Origin: Phycisphaera mikurensis NBRC 102666
GTDB lineage: Bacteria > Planctomycetota > Phycisphaerae > Phycisphaerales > Phycisphaeraceae
Direction of reading: 5' to 3'
Length of the DNA stretch: 32,000 bases
Assembly: GCF_000284115.1 (NCBI RefSeq)
Contig: NC_017080.1
Location: 1,440,001-1,472,000 of the forward strand
Below are positions 1 through 9,034 of this stretch, one piece after another (the stretch's first letter is position 1; each line of letters begins with the position of its first letter). Under the pieces are notes generated by a model that was given only the letters and a program-made list of their open reading frames with translations, was not told the DNA's origin and searched no databases. A program made the position numbers and the translations under genes.

Positions 1-91
1 CTTTCCGACAGCCACCACGCTTCCCGGCCTCCTGGTCGGAGACTGTCCCGCGCGAAGACGGACCCGCGCAGAACCCCGGAACCCAGACTCC

Positions 92-1378
92 ATGCAACGC
101 CGCCCCTTCCTCCGCCTCGCCGCCGCCGCGGCCCTCGCCCTGCCGTTCACCGGTGCCTTCGCGCCCCACGCCTCCGCGGAGGACGGCCCGAAGGTCAAGA
201 TCGGCGTGCTCCACTCGCTCTCGGGAACGATGGCGATCTCGGAGACCTCCCTCCGCGACGTCGTGCTCATGGCCGCCGAGGAGATCAACGAGGCCGGCGG
301 CGTCGAGGTCGGCGGGGAGTCTCACATGATCGAGCCGGTCGTCGTCGACCCCGCGTCGGACTGGCCGCTCTTCGCGGAGAAGGCCAAGGAGCTGATCGAC
401 CAGGACGTCGCGGCGATCTTCGGCTGCTGGACCAGCGTGTCCCGCAAGTCGGTCCTCCCGGTGATCGAGGAGGAGAACGCGCTGCTGTTCTACCCCGTGC
501 AGTACGAGGGCGAGGAGCAGAGCCTCAACGTCTTCTACACGGCGGCCTCGCCCAACCAGCAGCTCGTCCCGGCGGCGCAGTACGCGATCGACGAGCTGGG
601 CAGCAAGAAGTTCTACCTGCTGGGCACCGACTACGTCTTCCCGCGGACGGCGAACAAGGTGCTCAAGGCGTTCCTGCTGAAGGAGGGCGTGCCCGAGGAG
701 AACATCATGGAGGAGTACACGCCCTTCCACCACCAGGACTACCAGACGATCGTCTCGAAGATCAAGCAGTTCGGGGCGTCCGGTGACGCGGTCGTTCTCT
801 CGACGATCAACGGCGACTCCAACGTGCCCTTCTACACCGAGTTCGCGAACCAGGGCCTCACCTCCAGCGACGTGCCGATCATCGCCTTCTCGGTCGCCGA
901 GGACGAGCTCCGCTCGATGGACACCTCCAAGCTGGTCGGCCACCTCGCGGCGTGGAACTACTTCCAGTCGCTGCCCGGCGAAGCCAACGAGGCCTTCGTG
1001 GAGGCTTTCAAGGCGTACTGCCAGGAGAACAACCTGCCCGGCGGCGACGCCCGGGTGACCGGCGACCCGATCGAGGCCGCCTACTACGGCGTGTACGTCT
1101 GGAAGATGGCGGCCGAGAAGGCGGACAGCTTCGACGTGGACAAGGTGCGCGAAGCGGTCTATGGCATGGAGTTCGAGGCCCCCGGCGGCACGAAGAAGAT
1201 GCACGAGAGCAACCAGCACACCTACAAGCCCGTCTACATCGGCGAGATCCGCGCCGACGGGCAGTTCGACATCGTCTGGGAGTCCGACGGCCTGGTCGAG
1301 CCCGACAGCTACTCCAGCCTGCTGCACAGCCCCGAAGAGCTCGCCGCCATCGAGCCCACCGGCGGCCCGAAGAAGTGA
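92..1378 (+). CDS. urtA: Urea ABC transporter, substrate-binding protein UrtA
   Basis: 428-aa ORF with signal peptide, then KIGVLHSLSGTMAISETSLRDVVLMAAEEINEAGG and FGCWTSVSRKSVLPVIEEENALLFYPVQYEGEE, typical of the UrtA/AmiC-like family; followed by urtB, urtC, urtD and urtE homologs. Confidence 0.96.
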   Translation: MQRRPFLRLAAAAALALPFTGAFAPHASAEDGPKVKIGVLHSLSGTMAISETSLRDVVLMAAEEINEAGGVEVGGESHMIEPVVVDPASDWPLFAEKAKELIDQDVAAIFGCWTSVSRKSVLPVIEEENALLFYPVQYEGEEQSLNVFYTAASPNQQLVPAAQYAIDELGSKKFYLLGTDYVFPRTANKVLKAFLLKEGVPEENIMEEYTPFHHQDYQTIVSKIKQFGASGDAVVLSTINGDSNVPFYTEFANQGLTSSDVPIIAFSVAEDELRSMDTSKLVGHLAAWNYFQSLPGEANEAFVEAFKAYCQENNLPGGDARVTGDPIEAAYYGVYVWKMAAEKADSFDVDKVREAVYGMEFEAPGGTKKMHESNQHTYKPVYIGEIRADGQFDIVWESDGLVEPDSYSSLLHSPEELAAIEPTGGPKK

Positions 1379-1448
1379 GGCGCTACATGAGCCGCTCGCA
1401 CGGAAGCGCTCGGTGACCGCGCCTTTGAACGAGCAGCGCTTCGCTTGA

Positions 1449-1558
1449 ACACAGAGGGCACAGAGGCACAGAGGCACAGAGAGAGGCACAGGGCAAGGCG
1501 GAGAGAGTCCGCTCCCCCCTTGGGCCTCCGTGCCTCTTCTCCCTCCGTGTTTCAGAGA
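1449..1558. repeat. Imperfect inverted CACAGAGG/CCTCYGTG repeat, copy 1
   Basis: Left arm GAACACAGAGGGCACAGAGGCACAGAGGCACAGAGAGAGGCACAG, right arm CCTCCGTGCCTCTTCTCCCTCCGTGTTTC, in the urtA-urtBC gap. Edge coordinates approximate. Confidence 0.8.
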
Positions 1559-1642
1559 AGCGTTGCTCGGGATCACACCGAGGTGCACACGCTTCTTGGG
1601 ATGATCTGAACTTCTGCCACCGGGTCCATGCGCGACAGGGTC

Positions 1643-4639
1643 ATGAGAGTTCACCTTCCGCTGCTCATGGCGACGCTCCTCGCCCTGCCGATCGGGGCGC
1701 AGGAGAATCCGCGGACCGTGGGGGTTTCGGGCGAAAAGGAGGCACGGTCCGCGGATCTGATCGTGGGGCCGGGCGTGGCCGAGGTGCCGGAGTCAGCGGC
1801 GGCGGTTCCCGAAGCGGAGGAAGAGCAAGCCGACGCGGTGGGGCGGGTGATCCTGGCGGCGGTGCCGGAGCTGGGGGAGCGGAAGACGGCCGAGGACGCG
1901 GTCGATCGGCTCATCGGTCTCAAGGACGTCCGCGTGAAGCGGCTGTTCGAGCGGCTGGTGGCCTCGGAGGTCTACGAGCGCGGCGACGAAGCCGGAATCG
2001 TGTGGGCACCGGTCATCGCCGACGCCGAGGACGGCTCCGGGATGCAAGCCAGCCTCTACCCGCTGCTCGCGGAGGGGGAGGCGGCGGCCTCGGAGGGGGA
2101 GACGGCGCTGCCGGCGGCACCGCCCTCCGCCGTGGTGCCCTTCGACGAGCTCAAACGCTTCCGCGTCTTCCGGCCGGCGCTCAACCGGATCCGCGATTCG
2201 CTGGCGCTCATCGGGCTCGAGCTCGACGACCCCGCCGAGCGGGAGCGGGCGGCGATCGACACCGGGAACAAGCGGCAGAGCGAGGCCGTCCCGCTGCTGG
2301 TCGAACTCGCGGAGGAGGACCCGGACGCCGGCGTCCGCCGGGCCGCGGCGGAGAGCCTCGCACTGATCCGGGCGTCCGGCGGCGACCCCGCCGCGACGCC
2401 CGGGCAGGTCGTCGCCGCCGTCGAGCAGATCGGGACGCTCAAGAGCATCCGCGGGCTGGACCTGCTCGACCGGCTGGCCGCCGACGAGGAAGCAACGCCG
2501 GCGGTGCGTTCCGCGGCCGCCGCCGCCGCGGCGCAGGTCCAGCGGCACATCACCGCCACCAACTGGATCAAGAACGCGTTCTTCGGGCTCTCGCTGGGCT
2601 CGATCCTCGTGCTGATGGCGCTGGGCCTGGCCATCACCTTCGGGCTGATGGGCGTCATCAACATGGCCCACGGCGAGATGCTGATGATCGGGGCGGTGGG
2701 CACCTGGGCCACGTTCACCTGCCTCTCCGGCGGGCAGCTGTTCTCCTGGCTCCCGGGGCTGGACACCGGCCTCTCGGCCGGCTGGCTCTACGCGGTCGCG
2801 CTGCCGGTGTCGTTCCTCGTCGCCGCCGCGGCGGGCTGGCTGGTGGAGGCGACGATCGTCCGCTTCCTCTACAAGCGGCCGCTGGACTCGCTGCTGGCGA
2901 CGATCGGCGTGAGCTTCGTGCTCATCCAGCTGGTGCGGAACTGGAAGGGCGACAACCTCCCGCTGGTGCGGCCGGCGTGGGCGGGCGGGTCGATCGAGCT
3001 GATGCAGGACGTGTCCTTCTCGACCGCCCGGCTGTTCATCATCGCCCTGTCGATCGCCTGCGTCGTCGCCGTCGCGGCGATCTTCCGGTTCACCAAGGCC
3101 GGCCTGCTGGTGCGGGCGACCTCGCAGAACCGGGACATGGCCCGGGCGCTCGGCGTGAACACCCGCCGGGTGGACGCGCTGACCTTTGCCTTCGGCTCGG
3201 GGCTCGCGGGCATCGCCGGCTACGGGCTGTACCTCATCGCGAGCGTCTCGCCGCAGATGGGCCAGGGCTACATCGTCGACAGCTTCCTGGTCGTCGTCGT
3301 CGGCGGCGTCGGCCAGCTCGCCGGCGTGGTGCTGAGCGGCTTCGGCATCGGCTTCGCCCAGAAGATGCTCGAGCCGCTGGAGCTGATCACCGAGCCCATC
3401 CGCCTCTTCGACGCGACGTGGGCGAACGTGGCGGTGCTCGCGGGCGTGGTGCTGTTCATCCAGCGGCGGCCCGGCGGGCTGTTCCCCGAGCGCGGCCGGC
3501 AGGCGAACCTGGCGACCGGCGACGAAGCGCCGTGGGCGTCGCGGCCGAGCGGGTGGACCGACGCGCTGATGATGTCGCTGCTGGTCGGCCTCGGCCTCGT
3601 GCTCGTGCCGATCCTCTACGGCAGCGGCACGCTGTCGATCGACGACGTGAACCGCTACGGCTACTTCGCCACCTACGCGATCTGCGCCGTCGGGCTCGAT
3701 CTCCTGTGGGGCTACGTCGGCGTGCTGAGCCTGTGCCAGTTCCTGTTCTTCGCCTTCGGGGCGTACGCGGCCGGCTTCTACCTCATCAACCACGGGCCGA
3801 AGATCAACGGCATCCCCGAGTGCCTGTACTACGTGATGAGCGGGACCGGCGACCTCACGGCCCCCGCGTACCTGTCGCTCTTTGAGAACGGCTTCGTCTC
3901 GCTGCTGCTCGCGCTGCTCATCCCCGGGGCGGTGGCGTTCGCGCTGGGCGTGGTGATGTTCCGCAGCCGGGTGAAGGGCGTGTACTTCGCCATCCTCACG
4001 CAGACCTTCACGGTGATCGCGCTCCGCGTGTTCCAGAAGAACGAGCTGGGGATGGGCGGCACCAACGGCATCCGCATCACCTTCACCGAGACGCTCTTCG
4101 GCCACCCGATCATGACCACCGAGGGGCTCGGCCCCTTCGAGCAGACCCGCTTCCGGCTGTACGCGATCTCGGTGGTCGCGCTGATCCTCTCGGTCGTCGT
4201 CGCGAAGCTGATCACCCGCTCCCGCTACGGCCGCGTGCTGCTGGCGATCCGCGACGACGAGACGCGGCTGCGCTTCGGCGGCTACCGGACGTGGTTGTTC
4301 AAGGCCGGCGTCTTCGCGGTCGCCGGCGTGATGGCCGGGCTCGGCGGGGCGCTGTACCTGCCGCAGAAGGGCATCATCACCCCCGGCGACATGGCTCCCT
4401 ACTGGTCCATCCTCGTCGTCGCCTGGGTCGCGGTCGGCGGCCGCGGCACGGTCTGGGGCGCCGTGATCGGCGCCATCGGCGTCTCGGCGATGTACGCGTG
4501 GATGACCTCGAACCACCCCGCCTACTGGATGTTCGCTTTGGGCGCCCTGTTCATCCTGACGCCGCTGCTCCTGCCCGGCGGGGTGATGAGCCTGCCGGCG
4601 ATGCTCGGTGGGCGGTTGCGGAAGGCGGGTGGGGCGTGA
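1643..4639 (+). CDS. urtBC: Fused urea ABC transporter permeases UrtB-UrtC, with signal peptide and HEAT-like N-terminal extracytoplasmic region
   Basis: Open frame of about 1000 aa (ORF 1628..4639; start at 1628 or 1643). N-terminal region, then NWIKNAFFGLSLGSILVLMALGLAITFGLMGVINMAHGEMLMIGA (UrtB), linker after IQRRPGGLFPERGR, then a second permease with LDLLWGYVGVLSLCQFLFFAFGAYAAGFYL (UrtC). Confidence 0.93.
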   Translation: MRVHLPLLMATLLALPIGAQENPRTVGVSGEKEARSADLIVGPGVAEVPESAAAVPEAEEEQADAVGRVILAAVPELGERKTAEDAVDRLIGLKDVRVKRLFERLVASEVYERGDEAGIVWAPVIADAEDGSGMQASLYPLLAEGEAAASEGETALPAAPPSAVVPFDELKRFRVFRPALNRIRDSLALIGLELDDPAERERAAIDTGNKRQSEAVPLLVELAEEDPDAGVRRAAAESLALIRASGGDPAATPGQVVAAVEQIGTLKSIRGLDLLDRLAADEEATPAVRSAAAAAAAQVQRHITATNWIKNAFFGLSLGSILVLMALGLAITFGLMGVINMAHGEMLMIGAVGTWATFTCLSGGQLFSWLPGLDTGLSAGWLYAVALPVSFLVAAAAGWLVEATIVRFLYKRPLDSLLATIGVSFVLIQLVRNWKGDNLPLVRPAWAGGSIELMQDVSFSTARLFIIALSIACVVAVAAIFRFTKAGLLVRATSQNRDMARALGVNTRRVDALTFAFGSGLAGIAGYGLYLIASVSPQMGQGYIVDSFLVVVVGGVGQLAGVVLSGFGIGFAQKMLEPLELITEPIRLFDATWANVAVLAGVVLFIQRRPGGLFPERGRQANLATGDEAPWASRPSGWTDALMMSLLVGLGLVLVPILYGSGTLSIDDVNRYGYFATYAICAVGLDLLWGYVGVLSLCQFLFFAFGAYAAGFYLINHGPKINGIPECLYYVMSGTGDLTAPAYLSLFENGFVSLLLALLIPGAVAFALGVVMFRSRVKGVYFAILTQTFTVIALRVFQKNELGMGGTNGIRITFTETLFGHPIMTTEGLGPFEQTRFRLYAISVVALILSVVVAKLITRSRYGRVLLAIRDDETRLRFGGYRTWLFKAGVFAVAGVMAGLGGALYLPQKGIITPGDMAPYWSILVVAWVAVGGRGTVWGAVIGAIGVSAMYAWMTSNHPAYWMFALGALFILTPLLLPGGVMSLPAMLGGRLRKAGGA

Positions 4640-4699
4640 GGGCCCGTTTCTCGACCTGCGGTGTCCGGGGACCGGAAGCATCGCGGGCACCGCTGCGCG

Positions 4700-4816
4700 G
4701 AACACGGAGGGCACGGAGGCACAGAGGCACGGAGAGAGGCACCGAGGTGGAGCGAGCGAGTTCCTGCTTGCCTCTGTGTCCTCCTCCGTGCCTCTGTGCC
4801 TCCTCTTCCTCTGTGA
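4700..4816. repeat. Imperfect inverted CACAGAGG/CCTCTGTG repeat, copy 2
   Basis: GAACACGGAGGGCACGGAGGCACAGAGGCACGGAGAGAGGCACCGAGG ... CCTCTGTGTCCTCCTCCGTGCCTCTGTGCCTCCTCTTCCTCTGTG; left arm matches copy 1 over about 47 nt with few mismatches. Confidence 0.8.
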
Positions 4817-4856
4817 TGGAGCGAAGCGACTGCCCGGGTGCGGGAGGCCACGAGTG

Positions 4857-5738
4857 ATGAACGACCCGAAGCAGTACGACTACAGGGTCGAGGGCCCGCG
4901 GCAGAGCCAGCTCTGGGCGAGCCGGTACCTGCTGTTCCTGCAGGACGTGACGGCGGTGTTCGACGGCTTCAAGGCGCTCGACATCGAGGACCTGGGCCTC
5001 GGGCACAACGAGCTGCGCGTGGTGGTGGGGCCCAACGGGGCGGGCAAGACGACGATGTGCGACGTGATCTCGGGGATGACCCGGCCGACCACCGGCAAGG
5101 TGTACTTCGGCGGCGAGGACGTAACCGGCCTCCAGGAGGCCGAGATCGCCCGCCGCGGCGTGGGTCGGAAGTTCCAGGTGCCCAACGTGTTCGACTCGCT
5201 GACCGTCCGCGAGAACATGCTGCTCGCGCTGCCCGAGGACGGCCCCCGGATCGGCGGCAAGGAGCACCGCCGGACCAGCGACCCGAGGACGCACGGCCGC
5301 GGGGGCCTGGCCTTGCACGCGGCCTGGAGGTCGCTGAAGCACGCGGGCGGACGCGAGACCTCCGCAACACGCGACCGCATCGACGCGCTGCTCTCCCGCG
5401 TCCGCCTGCTCGACGATGCCGACACCCCCGCTCGCGGCCTGAGCCACGGCCAGCGGCAGTGGCTCGCGATCTCCTCGCTGATCCTCAAGAAGCCGCGGCT
5501 GCTGCTGGTGGACGAGCCGGCGGCGGGACTCACCGACGCCGAGACCGCGCTGACCGCGGAGCTGCTGCTGGAACTCCGGAGCGACCACGCGATCGTCTGC
5601 ATCGAGCACGACATGGAGTTCGTCCGCCTCCTCGACGCCCGCGTCACCGTTCTCAACGAGGGCCGGGTCCTCGCGGAGGGCCCGCTCGCCGAGATCCAGG
5701 CCGACGCGGCGGTCATCGAGGCGTACCTGGGACGATGA
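4857..5738 (+). CDS. urtD: Urea ABC transporter ATP-binding protein UrtD
   Basis: Walker A VGPNGAGKTT, LSHGQRQ signature, Walker B LLLVDEP, H-loop EHD; ATG at 4857 (MNDPKQYDYRVEG). The longer ORF from 4608 begins in the repeat. Confidence 0.94.
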   Translation: MNDPKQYDYRVEGPRQSQLWASRYLLFLQDVTAVFDGFKALDIEDLGLGHNELRVVVGPNGAGKTTMCDVISGMTRPTTGKVYFGGEDVTGLQEAEIARRGVGRKFQVPNVFDSLTVRENMLLALPEDGPRIGGKEHRRTSDPRTHGRGGLALHAAWRSLKHAGGRETSATRDRIDALLSRVRLLDDADTPARGLSHGQRQWLAISSLILKKPRLLLVDEPAAGLTDAETALTAELLLELRSDHAIVCIEHDMEFVRLLDARVTVLNEGRVLAEGPLAEIQADAAVIEAYLGR

Positions 5739-5784
5739 GCTTGTCTCGGATCCGTCCGGCCTTCGCGACCCGGAACGATGCACC

Positions 5785-6477
5785 ATGCTTGAAGCCACCG
5801 ACATCGACTTCTCCTACGGCGGCGTCCGGGCGCTCTCGGGGGTGAGCCTCGCGGCGCGGGCCGGCGAGATCCTCTGCGTGACCGGCCGCAACGGCGTGGG
5901 CAAGACCACGCTCATGCGCTGCGTGATGGGGCTGGAGAAGGCCGCCGGCGGGAGCGTCACGCTCGACGGCGTCGACGTGACGAAGCTGGCCGCCGAGAAG
6001 CGGGCGGCCGCGGGGGTCGCGCTGGTGCCGCAGGGCCGCATGATCTTCCCAAAGCTGACGGTCGAGGAGAACCTCCGCATCGGGCTGCAGGCCCGCCGCG
6101 ACGGCGTGAAGAAGATCCCGGCGGAGATCTACGACACGTTCCCGATCCTCCGCGACTTCCTGAAGCGCAAGGGCGGCGACCTCTCCGGCGGCCAGCAGCA
6201 GCAGCTGGCGATCGGCCGGGCGATGGCGGGCGGCCCGAAGGCGATGCTCCTCGACGAGCCGACCGAGGGGATCCAGCCCAACATCATCCAGGAGATCGGC
6301 CGCGTGCTCCAGCGGCTCGCCGCGGGCGGCATGGCGGTCGTGCTCGTCGAGCAGTACCTGGACTTCGTGAAGGAGATCGGCGACCGGGTCGCGGTGATGA
6401 ACCGCGGGTCGGTGGTCGCCTCGGGCGACATGAGCGTGCTCACGCCGGAGCTGGAGCGGGAGTACCTGGGGGTTTGA
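5785..6477 (+). CDS. urtE: Urea ABC transporter ATP-binding protein UrtE
   Basis: GRNGVGKTTLMRCVMG, LSGGQQQQLAIGRAM, LLDEPTEGIQPNIIQEI; last gene of the urt cluster. Confidence 0.96.
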   Translation: MLEATDIDFSYGGVRALSGVSLAARAGEILCVTGRNGVGKTTLMRCVMGLEKAAGGSVTLDGVDVTKLAAEKRAAAGVALVPQGRMIFPKLTVEENLRIGLQARRDGVKKIPAEIYDTFPILRDFLKRKGGDLSGGQQQQLAIGRAMAGGPKAMLLDEPTEGIQPNIIQEIGRVLQRLAAGGMAVVLVEQYLDFVKEIGDRVAVMNRGSVVASGDMSVLTPELEREYLGV

Positions 6478-6503
6478 GATTCCGGTGGCGGTAGACTGAA
6501 ACC

Positions 6504-7090
6504 ATGTCGCACCCCGGCACCCTCGCCCCCCCGATGACGGTGGAGCACTTCGAGCGGCTCTCCGCCGCCAGCGACGAACGGATGGAACTCATCCGCGGAA
6601 AGGTGATTGCCGCGTCTCCAGCCGGAGTCCATCACGGACTCGTCACCCAACGCCTCGCTCGGATCATCTCCAACTTCGTCTACGAGAACGCTCTGGGCGA
6701 CGTTGCGGCCGCCGAAACCGGCTTCCGGCTGTCGCTGCCGGACGACGACCCCGCGGAGCCGACGGTCCGCGCCCCCGACATCGCCTTCCTGCGGAAGGCC
6801 GGGTCCGCGCGGCCCTGACGGCATCCTTCTGCCCGATCCCGCCGGACCTGGCCGTGGAGACGCTTTCGCCCGGTGACGGCGCGGCCGAAGTCGCGGAGAA
6901 GGTGGCGTGGTGGCTCGCCACCGGCACGCCGGAGGTGTGGTCGGTCGATCCCGCCAACCGCACGCTGACCCGGCACCTGCCCGACCGCACCAGCCGCACG
7001 TTCACGCGCGAGGAGGGCGTCGAAGCGGCGCCGGTGTTCCCGGGGCTCCGCGTGGAGCTGGCGGGGCTCTTCGCCTTCCCCGCCGGCTGA
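6504..7090 (+). pseudogene. Uma2-family (PD-(D/E)XK-like restriction endonuclease fold) gene interrupted by a frameshift
   Basis: MTVEHFERLSAASDERMELIRGKVIAASPAGVHHGLVTQRLARIIS...VRAPDIAFLRK ends at TGA 6816-6818; the family C-terminus (PPDLAVETLSPGDGAAEVAEKVAWWLATGTPEVWSVDPANRTLTRHLP) continues in another frame to 7090. Confidence 0.75.
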
Positions 7091-7096
7091 TCCGCG

Positions 7097-7142
7097 CCGC
7101 GGACCGCGGGCGATCGGCGGCGACGCGGCCCGCGGTCCGCGG
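7097..7142. repeat. CCGCGGACCGC palindrome element, copy A
   Basis: CCGCGGACCGCGGGC (7097-7111) and its exact reverse complement GCCCGCGGTCCGCGG (7128-7142). Confidence 0.8.
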
Positions 7143-7179
7143 GCGCGACGCCGCGGTTCGGATCTGCCATGCTCCCGGC

Positions 7180-8028
7180 GTGCACGCCACGCCGCGGATC
7201 CCGAGCACCGCCGGCACCGGCCGCGCCCGCGTCGAGCGGGTGGCGGGGCGGTCGGTCGTCACCTCGTCGTACGCGACGAGCCCGATGAAGCTGCTGACGC
7301 CGCGGACCGCGGGCGGCGGTGCGGCGTCGGTCGTGGTCAGCGGCTTCGGCGGCGGGATCCTCAGCGGGGACACGCTGAGCCTGGACCTCGACGTCGGCCC
7401 GGCCGCCGTCGCGACGCTCGGCACGCAGGCGAGCACCAAGATCTTCCACGCCGACGCGGAGGGCCGACCGGCAACGCAGCGGCTCGGCGCCCGCGTCGCG
7501 GCGGAGGGCTTCCTCGCCGTCCTGCCCGATCCGGTGGTCTGCTTCGCCGACGCGGCCTACGAGCAGCGGCAACGCTTCGACCTGGAGGACGGGGCGGGCC
7601 TCGTGCTGCTCGACGCCTTCACCGCCGGCCGCGTGGCCCGGAGCGAGCGCTGGCGCTTCCGCCGCTTCGCGTCACGCAACGAGGTCTTCCTCCGCGGCAG
7701 GCTTCTCCTGCACGAGGCGCTGGAGCTGCGCGGCGAAGACGCCGCCGACGAGCTCGTGACCGGCGGCTTCGACGCGTTCGCCACGCTCGCCTTCGCGGGC
7801 TCGGCGGCCGCCGATCCGGAAGTCGCCGGGTGGCTCGGGGCGGTTTCTGGCCGCCGCCCGCGGCGCGGCGACGCCGTCCGCGTTTCCGCCGGCCGCGTCG
7901 GGGACCGCCCGCTGGTGACCGCCCGCTTCGCGGGGCCCTCGGCCGAGCACGTTCACGCCGAGCTCCGCGCCGCGCTCGGCTGCGTCGCCACCCGCACCGG
8001 CACCGCCTTCGGCGACCGCCGCTTCTGA
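7180..8028 (+). CDS. ureD: Urease accessory protein UreD (UreH)
   Basis: GRARVERVAGRSVVTSSYATSPMKLLTPR...GGGILSGDTLSLDLDVGPAAVATLGTQASTKIFHA is UreD-like. No in-frame ATG fits the N-terminus; GTG at 7180 proposed, the open frame runs from 6907. Confidence 0.85.
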   Translation: MHATPRIPSTAGTGRARVERVAGRSVVTSSYATSPMKLLTPRTAGGGAASVVVSGFGGGILSGDTLSLDLDVGPAAVATLGTQASTKIFHADAEGRPATQRLGARVAAEGFLAVLPDPVVCFADAAYEQRQRFDLEDGAGLVLLDAFTAGRVARSERWRFRRFASRNEVFLRGRLLLHEALELRGEDAADELVTGGFDAFATLAFAGSAAADPEVAGWLGAVSGRRPRRGDAVRVSAGRVGDRPLVTARFAGPSAEHVHAELRAALGCVATRTGTAFGDRRF

Positions 8029-8045
8029 TCCGAGCCTTCGTGGTG

Positions 8046-8993
8046 TCAGCCTCCCACGCCGCTGCCCTTCTGGAAGGTCAGCGTCCGGCCCGGCCGCCCG
8101 CGGGGCGGCACCGGCTGCACGATGGCCCGTTGGGCCTCGGTCAGCCTCGCGAGGAACTCGTCGCTGGGGATGTAGTTCAGGCGGTTGGCGAGCAGCTGGG
8201 GCGAGTAGCGGTAGACCATGATGCGGCGCTCGCCGGGGTTGGTCCGCGGCATCGAGCCGTGGCAGATGCCGTCGGTGAACATCACCGCGTCGCCGGCGTT
8301 GAGATTCACCTCGCACATGCCCAGGGTGTCGACGCCGCTGGCGCCGAGGTCCCACATCGACTTGCCGCTCTCGGTGGCGAGCGGGTGGCCGAAGCGCTGC
8401 TTGTGGCTACCGGGGATGAGCGTGGTCCCGCCGTCGCCGGGGCCGATGTCGTCGAGGGCCATGAGGATGTTGATCTGCCCGACCGCCCACTTGCCGTTGA
8501 GCCATTGGAACAGGCCGGTGAAGCGGACGCTGTCGCCGCCGGAGTGGGTGGGGATGAAGCCCCCGCCGCGGCGGAGGTTCAGGAAGCACTCGTCGATGCT
8601 CAGCCTGTGCTGCGTGCTGTCGCCGACGATGTAGCGGCGGACCTGGTCGATCCACGCCGGCTGGTCGATCAGCTCCTGGAAGACCGGGTTGTCGGCTTCC
8701 ATGATGTTCTGAAAGTTCAGGCCGTCCTTGGAGCCGTAGGTGTGGACCTCAACGTCACCCACCCAGTCGCCGGATTCGAGGCGGTCGGTGTCTTGGCGGT
8801 CGACCCAGCCGTTGATCTTTTCGAGCTGCAGGGGCGAGAGCACGTTGCGCAGGATCCGGTAGCCCTGCACGTCGAAGAGGTAGTCTGCCTCGGCGTCGGA
8901 GAGGTCTCGGCCGTTGGCCGGATCGGGGGCGAGGGGGAGCGTGACGGGTGCATCGGGGCTGGAGGGGGGCGATTGGGGGGCGAGGGCGGTCAT
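8046..8993 (-). CDS. Phytanoyl-CoA dioxygenase (PhyH) family Fe(II)/2-oxoglutarate oxygenase
   Basis: [20 protein letters not shown]..., [55 protein letters not shown]. Start ATG at 8993 chosen over the 9146 ORF start. Confidence 0.88.
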   Translation of the reverse strand: MTALAPQSPPSSPDAPVTLPLAPDPANGRDLSDAEADYLFDVQGYRILRNVLSPLQLEKINGWVDRQDTDRLESGDWVGDVEVHTYGSKDGLNFQNIMEADNPVFQELIDQPAWIDQVRRYIVGDSTQHRLSIDECFLNLRRGGGFIPTHSGGDSVRFTGLFQWLNGKWAVGQINILMALDDIGPGDGGTTLIPGSHKQRFGHPLATESGKSMWDLGASGVDTLGMCEVNLNAGDAVMFTDGICHGSMPRTNPGERRIMVYRYSPQLLANRLNYIPSDEFLARLTEAQRAIVQPVPPRGRPGRTLTFQKGSGVGG

Positions 8994-9034
8994 GGGCGGT
9001 GGGGGGAGAGAGAAACGACGAACGACCGTCCAGC

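Noticed and set aside
1793-4714. 973-aa antisense ORF opposite urtBC
   Set aside because: Arg/Pro/His-rich shadow ORF typical of high-GC DNA; the sense strand encodes a clear UrtB-UrtC protein.
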